64,000 nt of DNA, taken from the NCBI GenBank assembly GCA_036785375.1, contig JAWMAR010000148.1, forward strand, positions 62,001 to 126,000. The letters run 5' to 3'. A program made the translations under genes and the position numbers. The DNA is from Leucoraja ocellata. Taxonomy: Eukaryota. This document shows positions 12,731 to 25,990 of the stretch, piece after piece (the stretch's first letter is position 1; every line of letters starts with the position of its first letter). The notes under the pieces are model-generated. The model made no database searches and had not been told where the DNA came from. It worked only from the letters and a program-made list of their open reading frames with translations.

Positions 12731-13842
12731 AGATCTATAGTTTTGTGTGGGGAGGAGAAAAGTATTTTACCTTCCATAAGCTGTTATTCTGGAAAGTGAA
12801 ACAATTTATAAGGCTATTATGTGATTTCAAGTGTTGTATACAGGAGTTCCTATTACTATAAATTATTTTATGCATTTGTTTGATTTGAAAGATTAACTTT
12901 GGCATTAAGTTAATCTTTTTTATAAATGATGACACTTCTGTTTCCTGTAGATATGAACAGTAGGTCCAAGTATATTTTCAGGTGTTATTAAATTGAAAAG
13001 CTTGAGGTTTTCTACGAGAGCAAAAAGTATCTAAAATGTTTTTTTATTATCAGTTGGATTAGCTGATTAATCCATTTTTTGCCCATAAGCAGAGCCTTAA
13101 AAACAACATTTTGTGGTTTATCTTTGGTTTGCTGTGCATGCACATCTTTGGTTTGCCTTTGGATTCTTTTAATCTATTTTGTGTGGTGAGTCATAGCATG
13201 TGTCCAACATTATGGTTTAATCTTCTTTTAATTGTTCACAGATGGCTGTTTTGAAATCGGGCATTGCTTTCAATAAGCAGGTGTTTATTTTGTACGCCTA
13301 ATTTTTTCCAGTGATATTTAGAGTTTTGAGTGTATAATGCAATATACAAAGCAAATTGTAAAACCTGTTCCACACTAAGCTTTGTCAGTGCTCTGAATCT
13401 TCTTGATTAGTTTCTTATCCTCTGAGCAGAAGCTGTTCATCTTCTATTCCGTATGGTCTCTCTATTTTAATTTAAATTAAAGTCTATTGAGAGTTTCAAT
13501 AGACTCGAAGCAGAAGAAACTTTATCAATCATCAGATTCCTTGTATGTTTTGTTTGGAGTCCAAAATATTTATTTTGCATTGCTGTGCAGCCTATTGGAG
13601 ATTATTGTTTGAACCAGCCAACTGTTCATTTATAAGTTTCAACTGAACTTCCTGTTTTGACTTAATATTTGGCCTTTTGTGGGTCAAAGAATTTGAGATG
13701 GAGACATCCTGTTCTTAGCAATTCATCTTCTAAATAATGTGTTCTAATTCATTCTTTGAATTGAATTTGAAAGTTTTTTTTCAGAAGTTGACTACTTTAA
13801 TAAACTTGCTTTGCACATCTCATCAAAAAGTCAATGTTTTGA

Positions 13843-14210
13843 CTACTCCCTGTTTGAACTGTTGCCGTCAGGCAGACGGTACAGATCCACAAGGACAAGG
13901 ACAAATAGACTACAAAACAGTTTTTACCCCACTGCTATAAAAGCACTAAATGTGGCCGCCAAGGAACGCAGGGGCGATACAGACTAAGGGACTGTGGTAA
14001 CGGTGAAATCGACAGAAGGATGGAGGGTTGGGTGTGTATGCGTGCTTTGTCTGTGTTTTTTATTTATTTGCTTATCTTTATTATTTTACCGTGGATGTTT
14101 CGTTAGCTTTAGAAATGTTTGAATGCTGCACTGACTGGCTGACATTTTAAATTTCGTTGTACATGGCCCATGTTACAATGACAATAAAGAAACTATTCTA
14201 TTCTATATTC
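13843..14210 (+). mobile_element. Rex1/Babar-like LINE 3' end
   Basis: SLFELLPSGRRYRSTRTRTNRLQNSFYPTAIKALN, then 3' UTR ending caatgacaataaag and (ctatt)n. Confidence 0.8.
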
Positions 14211-15169
14211 TTTAGTTAAAAAAAAAGCCTACTAAATGCAAACAGAAATGTAAGCGAGACAAGCACAACCACTCAGGACAGTGCAGCACAGAAACGGGCC
14301 CTTCAACCTACAATGTCTGTGTCAAACATCATGCCAAAATAACCTAATCTCATCTGTCTACATACGATCTATTTCCCTCCATTCCCTGCCTATCTAAAAG
14401 CTGTATAATTGCCACCATCACATCTGCCTCCAACCCTGGCAGTACTTTCCAGGCACCAACTGCCCTCTGTGTAAAAAAACAAACTTGCTTTGCACATCTC
14501 ATCAAAAAGTCAATGTTTTGATTATTTTTTCAGGGGAGATGACTGAATTTCTATTCACTGACAAAATTGGGGCATGTTTTTTTAATTTCAAAAATAAATT
14601 TTATTCATAATATATAAATATATATGAAGCAATACAATTAGCACATCTTTCTTTAGATCCTTAGTGTTTAAAGTCAATGCATTCAGTGCCATCAAGTTAA
14701 TAAATTCAATTTACAAAGTCTGATTGCCATTCATGGCCTCTGAACAATATACTTTCAAATCTTTAAGAGGTCAATATACTGAACACATCCCCTCAAAGTC
14801 CTGTGGCAACAAGACCTATGATGTCTTTGCTTTGGCTTTGCTTTGTACCGCGTATCAGTGTATTCCTTTACACATATCCCTGCAGCTTGGAATGTGCCAG
14901 TTAGCAGCATTCACTTACAGATAATTTGTTACACTGAATAATCTGCACGTTTTGAGCAGACCAAAGTGCATCTTTCTTTGAATTTATGATCCTCTAGTAG
15001 GACCTAAGGTTTGATCCGATGCTTTCTCTGGGGACAGCCCCTAACTCAGACAGCCAGCTCAGAGAGATTGTCTGTCTTCTCATCCACATCTCAGCTGTAT
15101 TGTGAGAAGCATACGTTGGAAGCGAGACTCGGCCGTGCATGAATATTCTGGCAGGAAGATGTGGGTTTA

Positions 15170-15310
15170 CTAAGAAAGAGACAAGGTGTTGGAATCTCGG
15201 CGGGTTAGGGAGCATCTATGGAGAGCTTGGATAGGTGGTGTTTTAGATTGGGACCCATCTTCAGCCTGAATAATGTTGGGAATGCTTTATCACCCATTCT
15301 CTGGAGACAG
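15170..15310. mobile_element. Decayed Penelope-like terminal-repeat element
   Basis: gcatctatggagagcttggataggtggtgttttagattgggacccatcttcag resembles the antisense repeat and core. Confidence 0.5.
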
Positions 15311-15494
15311 GTGTATAACGATCTTGGATCTCCAGATAAAATGGAAGATGGCTCTAGCAACTGCCAAGGCACAGGAGTGGGGTATGAGTCATACCTGTGC
15401 ATGTACAGCAACACCAGGAGTACCTCGCAACTGATCACTATGTTCCCGCAGTCCCAAATGTTGTTTGACCTTTTGGCTGCTGCCAATTCTTTGA

Positions 15495-16100
15495 GGTTTT
15501 GGGAGAAGGGATCTGCTTGGATTTGAAAAGGTAAGGACAGATTAGGGAAAGTCAGCATAGCTTTGTGCGTGGAAAATTGTGTCTCACCAAATAGTTTTTT
15601 AAAGAGGTGAACAAGAACATTGAAGAGGACTGTGGAGTAGATATTGTCTATATAGACTTTAGCAAGACCTTTGGCAAGTTACTGCAAGATAGCTGGACTG
15701 GAAGGCTATCATATCACATCAGATCCATGACAAACTAGCCATTTGGAATCAAAATTGGCTTGAATTTAGAAAGACAAGTAGCGGTAGAGGATTGTTTTCA
15801 GACTGGAGTCTGTAACAAATTATGTACAACGGGGATTGGTGCTGGATCCACTGCTGTTTGTTATTATTTACATTAATGATTTGGATTTGAATGTAGTTGG
15901 CTTGGGTAATGCGTTTTGCATCACACAAAAATTGGTGATATGGTGGACAGTGAAGAAGATTATCTCTGATCACAACGGGATCTGGCCCAACTGAGCCACT
16001 GGGCTGAGGAATGGCGGACGTAGATAAATTAAAAGTGTTGCATTATGGTAGAACAAACCAGGGCTGGACTTGCACAGTAAATGATAGGGACCTGGGGAGC
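15495..16100 (+). mobile_element. Old CR1 LINE RT fragment
   Basis: SQHSFVRGKLCLT, VDIVYIDFSKTFGK, GLVLDPLLFVIIYINDLD motifs with frameshifts. Confidence 0.8.
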
Positions 16101-16483
16101 TTGCATCATGAATCATGGACCACATAATAATTCAGCCCAGATTTTTTCATTGAAATCATTCCTGCTGAGTCTTTGTGTTTAATTTCTCCATTTCCAAATT
16201 TGAGTAAATTTGAAGGAAGCACTCTCTCAGATGGATCGCTTACCAAATTCCCTTACATATTAATTTCCAAGTGCAATTGTTTAACATTTTTCTTTATCTA
16301 GGATGCTTTAACACAGCTTTCAATTAATCTGTATTAGTACCTCATGGAATTACTGGTAGAGTTTGATGAATATCTCCCAGCCAGAATTATCTGTAATTGT
16401 GTCTAAGGTCTTGCAGTGTTCGATCTCATACTTCTGTGAGAGCTTTGTGAGTCACTACATTCATCTCTGACAAATATCTTTAC

Positions 16484-17008
16484 CGGAGCCGTGGTTTGCG
16501 GAGCTCACAACGCGGGCGGCGCTGATGGACAGCGCGGAGTCCTGCGACTCTGCCCGGCTCAGCCTGCGGACTCAGGAGCTGCAGACTCCGGCAGCGGGAG
16601 GCGGCTGTTCAGGATGTCCAGGACGCTGAGGAGGAGGATGCTCACCGTCGGGGTTCGGCGTCGGCGTTCCACCAGCCCGGCGTGAGGGCCTGAACATCGG
16701 GCCACCCGGGGCGGCGACTGCGGGTGCTTGGAAGGCCCCGACCGCGGATGAACACGGAGGAGAGGCTGGCTGGACTATGGTGCCATCCTCACCTTGGTGC
16801 CATTTATGTTATGTTGTGTCGTGGACTTTCTGTGTTTGTGCTTTTTTTTAAATTCAATTTCAATTTTATTTTTAATATGTTTTATTATTTATTTATTATT
16901 TATTTATTTTTTTGTGATTTTTTTTTTATGATACTGCTTGTAAGGGAAATTCATTTTGTTGTCTCAAATTGAGACAATGACAATAAATTTGAATACAATA
17001 CAATACAA
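16484..17008 (+). mobile_element. Non-coding retroposon with CpG-rich 5' part and LINE-type tail
   Basis: 12-bp TSD aaatatctttac (16472-16483, 17009-17020); tail with gtctca-aat-tgagac hairpin, caatgacaataaa and (aatac)n. Confidence 0.8.
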
Positions 17009-18861
17009 AAATATCTTTACAATATTTTAGACTTGATTCCTTTTTCAGTTCCATGACCAACGTTACATATTGGAGTCTCTACTTTTGGCAAATTTAAAAG
17101 GAGTATAAATGTCAAATTTGCTCTGTCCCCCTCCCGTCAAAAGAGGTGTTCAAGTGATGAACGCCTGATAATGTCATGACCAGAGCAATAATGTTTTGTC
17201 TTTAAACTTTAGCTTGATTTGTCAACATTGCTCTATCAGCCTATTACTGTGTGATTGGGTAGTTTTCATACCCAAGACCATTTTACAACAAATTCCAATG
17301 TAGAGCAACAGTCATTTGAGCACAGTTATTTTTGCACGTGTGAAGATATCGTTCGGATTGAAATTCTTAAGCATTATTGGTGGCATTTATTTAATTATGG
17401 GATTAATTTTTTATGCTGTTTTTCAAATTGGGCCAGAGACTGTGTGAGTTTATATGAATCTTACTGTGTTACTCAATTTAATTATGCCATTATAAATCTC
17501 TTCCACTTTATGAAAGGAGAATCATTTTTTTATTGTCATCCTGTTTTTTTTTAAATCTTTTTTTTCCACTTGATTTTCCTCCGTCATTACTAGCCATTTT
17601 CATTCAGTTCAGGAAATTGTTAATTTTTATCTACCCATTATTAGTCAGTTTTCAGTCCATGATTATGCTCGCCTTCATCTCCCCCAGTAGTCTCCTGTGT
17701 GGTTCCCTTCTTAATTGCTCCCTTAAACTCTGTATACACCATAATACATATATAGCATTTCATCCATTCATTATATTGTTGCCTCATATCAGTAGAAACA
17801 GGTACTTAATGGAGCACTAAAGGGTCTGAATCTGTGCTGTGTGATCCTTCAACTCCATAATTCTGAAGTTCGTTGATCGTTTTAAAAAATATCAGGATTG
17901 TCCATTTTTGGTCATATTTTCTTTACTTAAAAGGTAATGCAGACTCATTCAAAAAGCACAAAATGTAGAAATGAAGGTGTATGGGGTTTTTCTGCATAGC
18001 TGGATTAAGAGGGCAGTTAAATTATCTATCTTAATCTTGAGTGTATTTTTAATGTAACTTATTTATATTTATGGATCTATTGTGATAGTTTTACCATAGT
18101 CTGTAAAATATCTTACACCAGAATTGCTGTCACGGCAAGCTTAATATTAGGCAGTGATATTGATCTGTAAATTGACCAAGAATTCATTGAAAGAAAAAAA
18201 TAATGCTATAGATTATGAATTGCCAGAAGTTTTTGGATGATCTGTGTTGTTTAACATATGTATGGTATTTCTCTCTTTAGCAATTCTTCGTGGAAATTTA
18301 CTTTGCTAAATGTTTTAGTTTTTTCCCCTTGCTCTTCCTTTTCTCTTTTCCGGTTCTTCCTAATCCATGTTTTTCCCCCATTATTTTTCTTTTTGGATTT
18401 GATTTAAATCTAATTCATCTAATTTCCTTCTCTATTGTTCTACTTCCTCCTTAACCTCTATATCTAATTGGTTCAGGAAATAAACACGGTTCAATCTTTG
18501 GCCAGGGTTCCTGATGTAGCATTGTCCTTTTTGCAGTACTACCGGTTCCAGAAAGTTACAGAACTAGATTGTTTGAGTCAAAAGGTGAAGGAAGTTGTCC
18601 AAGAACTGGGCACACCACAAGTTGCTCCATTGCAGCAAATTCTGGCCTACATGTCTTGTTTTTATTGGTATCCATTGATAATTCACCATCCAATCAGATG
18701 CTACTAAGATAAACTTCATAAACTTGGAATGCTGCTAAGATAAATTAGCAAACTACAGGGCATTGTAATATTGGTGGAAGGATATTCTGCAAACAACACC
18801 AAGGTGTTCTGATGAAACTAATTCATGAAGAATTCACAAGTACCAGATGCTCCCCTAATTG

Positions 18862-19392
18862 CAGAGATACAGATGCAGAGGTACAGCGCTGAAACAGGCC
18901 CTTCAGCCCACCCCATACACTAACACTATCCTACACACAAGGGACAATTTTTTACAATTTTAGTTTAGTTTTTGTTTTGAGATAGAGCAAGGAAACCGGC
19001 CCGTCTGCCCACCAAATGCACGCTGGCCAGTTATCCCAATAAACTAACATTATCCTACACACACAAGAACCAATTTAGCAAAAACAATTAACCTACAAAT
19101 CCGTATGTCTTTCGCATGTGGGAGGAAACCGGAGCACTCGGAGAAAACCCACGCGATCACGGGGAGAAGAATCAAATTCCATACAGACAGCACCGTTCAT
19201 AACGATTAAACCCAGGTCTCTGAAGTTCTAAGGCAGCAACTCTACTGCTGCACCTTTGTGGGAGGAAACTGGAGCATAACCATTGGAGGAAATCCACACC
19301 GTTACTGGGAGGATATATTAACTCCGTACAGACTGGATCAAATCCTGGTCTCTGACACTGTAAGGTAGCAACTTACTGCTTCGCCACTGTGC
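18862..19392 (-). mobile_element. Cluster of HE1/V-SINE-like SINE copies
   Basis: Repeated tgtgggaggaaaccggagcactcggagaaaacccacgc (V-domain antisense) and tRNA-head antisense ...ggcagcaactctactgctgc. Confidence 0.8.
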
Positions 19393-19804
19393 CACACTTG
19401 TGTAAGGGTTATGTCCCATGGACTCTACATAAGTCAGATGTTACATTAGTCTGAAACTGATGTGCAACTGTGTGCATGTAAATTTACTATTCGTACTGTG
19501 TAGACCACCTAGGAACTCCGACGCGAAAACCATGTGGGAGATCTGAAGCAGAGGCCACGTGGGAACATCCACAAGAACAGCCGACTGGCTTGCGGAAATG
19601 GCCGCATATGCAATAGCGCACTGCTACCTAGATGCTCAATTCGGAAATAAAACAGTGGGCTTTGTAATTGCGAGCGAGTTTATCTAAGTGGCCTATTACA
19701 TGTGGGGGTGTGTCTGTATGGATTTTTACAGCAGAACTGATACTGATGCGAAGATGAGGAAGATGTTTTTAATCATGTGAGGGCAAGGCTACTTTCAGGA
19801 CAGA

Positions 19805-20410
19805 GAATTAAGAATGTTTAATTGTTATATGTACCGAAACAGAACAATGTCAGCATGACAGATCTGTAAACACAATACTCAATATATACCATTATGAACA
19901 AAAAAAAGTTAAATCAATTTTTAAAAAAAAAGCCCCAAACTAATAGCCCAAAACAAATAATAGGCCAAAACAAAACAAAAGCCCAGTGCCTACTGCAACC
20001 AAGACAGTTCGTAGTTCTAAGTTTAGTTGCTCTTTGTAGTGTTCAATAGCGTGATGGTTATTGGGAAGAAGCTGTTTCTAAACTAGGAGATTACAGTTTT
20101 CAGACTCCTATACCTCCTTCCCCATGGCAGGAATGAAATGAGAACATAGCCAGGGTTGTGTGGATCCTTGATAATGCTGGCTGACATTTTGAAGAAGCAC
20201 CCCCTGTACACACCTTAGGTGGAGGAGAGGTTAGTACCCAAGATGGAACGGTCATTGTTTACCACTTTTTGTAATCTCCTTAGTCTTGGCCGTTCGAGTT
20301 GCTGAACCAGGCTGTGATGCAACCAGTCAATATGCTCTCTAGTGTACACCTGTTAACATTCAAGAGAATCGTTGATCGGCTTTCTTTATGATTTCAGTAA
20401 TGTGCTGGGT
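19805..20410 (-). mobile_element. Rex1/Babar-like LINE 3' fragment
   Basis: Antisense motifs gatggttattgggaagaagctgttt, ctcctatacctccttccccatggcag, aaccaggctgtgatgcaaccagtcaatatgctctc. Confidence 0.7.
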
Positions 20411-20855
20411 CCAGGAGTTCTAAAGTGCAGAACTCTTTATAAACTTGGCCAATATTACTTGGTAAAATTACACTTATTTTGAAAAACCACAGGTAATGAA
20501 GAAATTGATATGGAAGCACATGCATTGACAAAAAAAACTATTTATCCTGTTTATTGTTTTCATTTTTACCATTTTTAATTAATTACTGTTTATGAATGCA
20601 TCAGTGAATAAAAGTATTTTAATCACACGTGTTTTCGTATAAATATATACCTGTCTCTGTTTTTCTGAATTTAAAGAGCACTTTGCATTAAGTTACTTAT
20701 CATTCTGTTTTTAACCTCACGCAAGGTTTTGAAAATCTTGGTCCATACAGTAAGTAAATCAACTCATAGGTTCAAAGGTCTGTTTATTGAATAAACAAGT
20801 TGGTGAATCTGTTCTAACTTGTAGCAGTTTGTACCAGATACCACTGAAAAGTTAA

Positions 20856-21118
20856 ATCCCGATTACGGGTGATGCATGTACAGAGTTTGTATGTTCTCTC
20901 CGTAAGCCTGCGTGGGTTTTCTCCGAGATCTTCGGTTTCCTCCCACACACCAAAGGCATACGGGTTTGTAGGTTAGTTGGCTTGGTAAATATAAAAATTG
21001 TCCCTAGTGTGTGTAGGATAGCATTAATGTGCAGGGATCGCTGGTCGGCGCGGACGCGGTGGCACGAAAGGCCTGTTTCCACGCTGTATCTCTAAACTAA
21101 AAAAATAAACTAAAAAAT
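20856..21118 (+). mobile_element. HE1/V-SINE-like SINE (5'-truncated, well preserved)
   Basis: gagtttgtatgttctctccgt...gcgtgggttttctccgagatcttcggtttcctcccacac V-domain; CR1-like tail ggcctgtttccacgctgtatctc(taaac)n. Confidence 0.85.
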
Positions 21119-22588
21119 AAACAGATAAGGGGAGTTTTGGATTATGGAGCATGGGGAGTTTTGGACTATTGGAGTTTGAACATGGCAGAAGGCAAAGATG
21201 ACGATTTCAACACCAGATGAGATTGAGTTGGGGAGGAGCTGAATGGAAATGTAATTGGAATTGAGAGATTAATGGGTTGATTTTTTTTCTCAATCATGAG
21301 AAAACAGCAATGTGCAGTTTTGTTTTTAACTAGTATAACAACATTTAATTGACTGGGTTTATTATTCTTGAAAAGAGAGTGATCATTTACTTATTAGATG
21401 CCCTTAGAATTACTTAGCTTTAATATGGTGAATGTGGGATGTATGTGGTGTGACTGTGACTAATCCACTGGAGACTGAAGCTTGTAGATGCAAAAGGTCT
21501 TTATTGGTGGAACTACAATCTTTCATCATTCTGCTGTTTTGCACTCATCGTTGTATTTATTATTGCATTTGTCATTGCTCAGTAAGCTTAATGTGAACAA
21601 GGAATTTCATTGCATATGACAATAAACTAATCTCAATCTCAACACAAAGAGGTCTTCTGGAGAATCTAATTATCCCCTCCTGACACTACAGTGATGTTTT
21701 ATACTTTCTGAAGACGACAATAAATGATTAGCTATAGTTTCAATGACTATAATTACCTACTTTAATATTGAACGTAGACAGGTAATTTTGCAGAATTGCA
21801 TATTTACAATGGGATCACATCCCAACTGATGGTGGCTGGTCTGAGGAATTCTGAGCATCATATACCAGACACCCAAAACACATTCTTCTTATTACAGTGC
21901 TGAAGGATGACTCCCTGATTATGCTAACAGACAGAGTATTAATCGACTAAACAGACATGCCCTGAACTGAGTGTTAAATGACTGATGTGTCAACACAAGA
22001 GATTGCCATTAAAGGCCTTCTCTGATTCCATCATGGGGTTTCAAGAAGGGCCGATTAACAGAAACATTCATTTATTGTCTTCCCCAACGTGCTTACAAAG
22101 GTACAGAGCTATAATGTCCCATAACTGAGTGGGTTTTGTTGGCTAGTGTGGGCAAGTTGGGCCGAAGACCCTGTTTCCACCCTGTATCAGAATAGACAGG
22201 TAAAGCTACAAAAAATGAGTTAAGAGGAGGTTGACACTGGCAATATTGGGACTAACACCCAGCATCTAAAAAAACTAAGAAAATTACTTCAAATTGCTAA
22301 ATGCAATATTAATCCAGATTAATGTAAAATTCCAATCCAATTAGGCCCATCTTGTCCTTAAATCGTTCCTTTATCTTGTTATTGTTTCTGATAAAAGCCT
22401 GTGACAAAACCTTGGGACATGTTACAATCTTAATGGTTCTACATGAATGCAAATTATTGCAATTATTGTTGATGCATCTGCACCATTTGTTGTGTGTAAC
22501 CTTATCTCAGCCCATAGTCTGGGCTTCCAGAATCAACAGCTCTGGAAGTAATTTTCCATAATCTATTTTGTTTCCTCTTCAAACATAG

Positions 22589-22691
22589 GTCGTATTCTGG
22601 ATCTCAAAACTGGGACAGTTAAAAAGGAAGGGCAGCAATCTTCCATGAGAATGTGCATGGGATCTAGGCGTTCCTTTATTTGTAGAATGAG
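22589..22691 (+). CDS. ARNT2: ARNT2 internal coding exon (PAS-A), 103 nt
   Basis: aacatag|GT CGT...ATG AG|gtaagg; (G)[33 protein letters not shown](R). Not in the ORF track; found by reading. Confidence 0.96.
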
Positions 22692-22949
22692 GTAAGGACA
22701 ATGTTAAATGGCATAAACGGTGCTTTCCTGCCACAAGCTGATTACATGGCAGAACATTAAAAGATGTTATCATTGGCAGTCTTTTATTCAATATGAAAAG
22801 TTCAGTTGTAAGATTTTTTTAATGAATCATAGCTCAGATGTCTATCTGACTGATGTGAGTGCTTATCATTCTAAAAAAAAAAAAAAAATCTATAGGTGCT
22901 GGATATTGGAAATAAAAACTAAATAGGTCAGGCAGCAGCTGGGAGAGAC

Positions 22950-23460
22950 ATGGATGCAATGACCATCTCCAACAAGGACGAGCGTAGCCATCCACCCTTA
23001 ACATTCAATTGCAGTCCCCTCACTTCATTGCCCACTATCAACATCTTGGTGGTCCATCTTAATCAGAAACCGAATTGGATGGATCATATAAATACAGTGG
23101 CTACAAGACTTGGCTAGGGGCTTGGGTATGTTGTTGCAAGTGCTTCTTCTCAGACACCAGAAGCATTTACACTGCCTATACAAGGGCTAGTGGTAGAATA
23201 TGGTCCACTCATTTGAATGTTGAGCTCCAACAGCTCTCAAGGAGCTCATCATCATAAAGGACAAAGCTTTATCAGCATCTTATTAACATTCTGAAAACTT
23301 ATTCTCTCCACTGGTGCACTGTGACTGCTTTGTGTATCATACACAAAATGCACTGCAGTTACACACGCAGGCTACTTCAATAGCTTCTCTCAATCCTATG
23401 AACTCAACCATTAAGGAAGACGCCAACTAGTGCATGGGAGCACCAGCACTAATATGTTCT
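22950..23460 (+). mobile_element. Ancient CR1/L2-class LINE fragment
   Basis: Related decayed copies at ~41650-41880, 47560-47970, 48650-49035, 61960-62410 and antisense 29070-29640 share motifs (accatctccaacaag, actatcaacatcttgg, gtggaatactccccac). Confidence 0.5.
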
Positions 23461-23480
23461 CCTCCAACCAAATATTAACT

Positions 23481-23782
23481 TAGAAACATAGAAAATAGGT
23501 GCAGCAGTAGGCCATTCGGCCCTTCGAGCCAGCACTACATTCAATATGATCATTTAAAATCAGTACCCCATTCCTGCTTTTCCTCAATTACCCCTTGATT
23601 ATTTAACCCTAAGAGCTAAATCTAACTCTCTCTTGTAAACATCCAATGAATTGGCCTCCACTGCCTTCTGTGGCAGAGAATTCCACAGGTTCACAACTCT
23701 CTGGATGAAAAGGTTTTTCCTCATCTCAGTCATAAATGGCCTACCCCTTATTCTTAAACTGTGATCCCTGGTTCTGGACTCC
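23481..23782 (-). mobile_element. Young CR1 LINE 3' fragment
   Basis: Minus ORF ESRTRDHSLRIRGRPFMTEMRKNLFIQRVVNLWNSLPQKAVEA; tail tagaaacatagaaaatagg is the reverse complement of 4160-4188. Confidence 0.9.
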
Positions 23783-24129
23783 ACAAATTGTCACTGTTCA
23801 AAATCCTAGAACTCTTCACCAGAATGATGGTAGAGTTTAAGAAGGCGGCTCACAACCACCTCCTTGAGGGAAGTCCTTAGCGGAAATGGGGTAGGACGTA
23901 GTGTTGTCAAAGAGCTTGTGCGATTCTCTGGGTTTGAGGTAGACATTGCCACCTTGAAGGATGTTTTCAGTGACCAATTTTGTGGCCTTTTCAACCATTC
24001 ACACATCCCAGAAAGTGAATGAATGAAGAAATACATCTATGTAAATGTAAATCTTTTGTTCATTCCATAATTAATATTTGTCAAGTCAGATTTTTTGCAA
24101 CTAGAAAAAATATAAGCTTGCATTTATAT

Positions 24130-24500
24130 GCTGCCTTTCATACACAAAATACATCTTGTCACACTTCACGGTAAAATTAAGTACTTACCTGAAACTTGGT
24201 TACTATTATTCAGCAGCCAAGTTCCCATGGACATCAATGTGTATATTAGTGGAGGGATAAATGTTGGACCGGACACAGGAAGAGCTTCCTGGTCTTTGAT
24301 TAATGTGGTTTTCTTCTGTCCAGCTAAATAAATAGCTTAATGTTCCATCTGATACATGGCACACCCAGTAGAGGTGCACTTTCCCAGCACTGCATGGATA
24401 GTCATCCAGGATTATGTGCGGAAGTCATGCAGTGGGGCTTGATCCCCTGACCTTCTGGCTGATACAAGAGTGCTACTGCCATCATTTCCACTGAGCCATG
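24130..24500 (-). mobile_element. Ancient DeuSINE/SacSINE-like SINE relic
   Basis: Antisense tRNA-like head (gtggggcttgatcccctgaccttctg...agagtgctac...cactgagcca) with central-domain-like body. Confidence 0.5.
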
Positions 24501-25697
24501 CTGGCATAATGAAGGCATCCATTTTATATAAAATCTTTGGACAAAAAAATTAGTCATGCAGTTAATATTTCCAAATCCCTCCTGTTGAGAAATGTGGAAA
24601 TGCAAACAAATTAACCACATCCCAGACTTCCTCTAACCAGTGCATGTTTGACATTATGGAATTTGCTTGGCTCTCAGACCAAGCTAAAAGAGGTCTACTT
24701 TATTCACTATAATGCCACTTAACCTTTTGTTTGGGCTCCAATTTATAATTTAATAAACTATTCTATTAGTCCCTTTAAGCATACATAGAGTTCATTAATG
24801 TGGAAAAAAAGAAGAATGAAGTTATTCAAACTTTTTCCTTCTGTTTCATGCATGCTAAGGAGTTCATTCCACTCCTAGACCGGCATGGGTTTGGTTGTCC
24901 TGGTGTCCCACTTGGAGGTGCACCCTCTGCTCGAGTCTGGTTCGGCTCCAGGTGAAGACGGGGCACTTTCCTATTGACCGGGATATTCTTTTGTTTCTTG
25001 TAACTTTATTCTAGAAGATAAAATGCAACAATCACATTTGTTGTCTTGTAATTACTTTTTGTGTCTCTGTCTCTGGTGTGGGTGTGAACTGGCTTTCTTT
25101 GGAAGAGATAATTTGCCATTGTCCTCTCTTGCATCCTGCAGTTCTCTAGCTCTAGTCTAGCCTCCAATGCATTCATTTTAATCTCAGTATGGTCAAGGAC
25201 ATTGATTTCATGGTTGGACCTCCGGTAGATCTCTACTGCTAGTCTACTGGTTAAAGCTCCCTCATGTATAATTTCCTTACAAAACAATATACTACTTTTA
25301 GATTTCCTTCTTGTCTTGATATGTGGATGAATCACAGGTTGGTGAAGCTCTTTGTTAAGAGTTCTGTATCATGCTGCTTGTTGATTGAAAGTGTTCTGGA
25401 GAACATATTGACTATTCTGGTAGATTTCCATTGAAGAACTAGTAGTACATTTTAGTATCGACCCTGTTGTATATGATTACACATCTTTTTTTACATTTGC
25501 TTATATTTCATGACATTGGAAGCATTAGCTTGCTCATGGGAATTTTCATTTTGCCCACATAAAAATGGCTGGTAAGAAATCTGATCTACAAAAGTGATAT
25601 TGCTGTTAAATTGGCTATAGTTATTCAGACAGCTGAACATATAAAAGTACTGTTTACATGTTAGCAACGATTAACTATGAATGACATTTTAATGCAG

Positions 25698-25763
25698 GTA
25701 TGGAACAGCTCCTCTGGAACACCTTTCATTAAGTCGACTGACTGTTCTTCGAAAAAGATACAG
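25698..25763 (+). CDS. ARNT2: ARNT2 internal coding exon (PAS-A variable loop), 66 nt
   Basis: aatgcag|G TAT...TAC AG|gtaatt; YGTAPLEHLSLSRLTVLRKRY(R), resembling ARNT2 CGNAPLDHLPLNRITTMRKRFR rather than the ARNT1 loop; phase 2-2 fits neighbours. Confidence 0.9.
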
Positions 25764-25990
25764 GTAATTCATACCTATTTATTAATCGTACATATTTGAA
25801 CATCAAGTATAAACAACCATGCATACGAAAATCTACTGATTCTGTACATTCCTTTATTTCATAATTTAAATAACAGTTATGCTGGTGCAAGTAAGAATTT
25901 CATTGTCGGTACATATGACAATTAAACACTAATGACTGACTAAATGTTCATCTAGTTAAATGAAACTGTTATCCATTCTTGTATTTACAG

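Noticed and set aside
13481-13505. 10-bp stem hairpin agtctattga-gagtt-tcaatagact
   Set aside because: Short and AT-rich; plausible by chance in 64 kb.
25006-25335. 109-aa minus-strand ORF as a nested gene
   Set aside because: No splice or domain support; at most a decayed LINE ORF1-like coiled-coil fragment.
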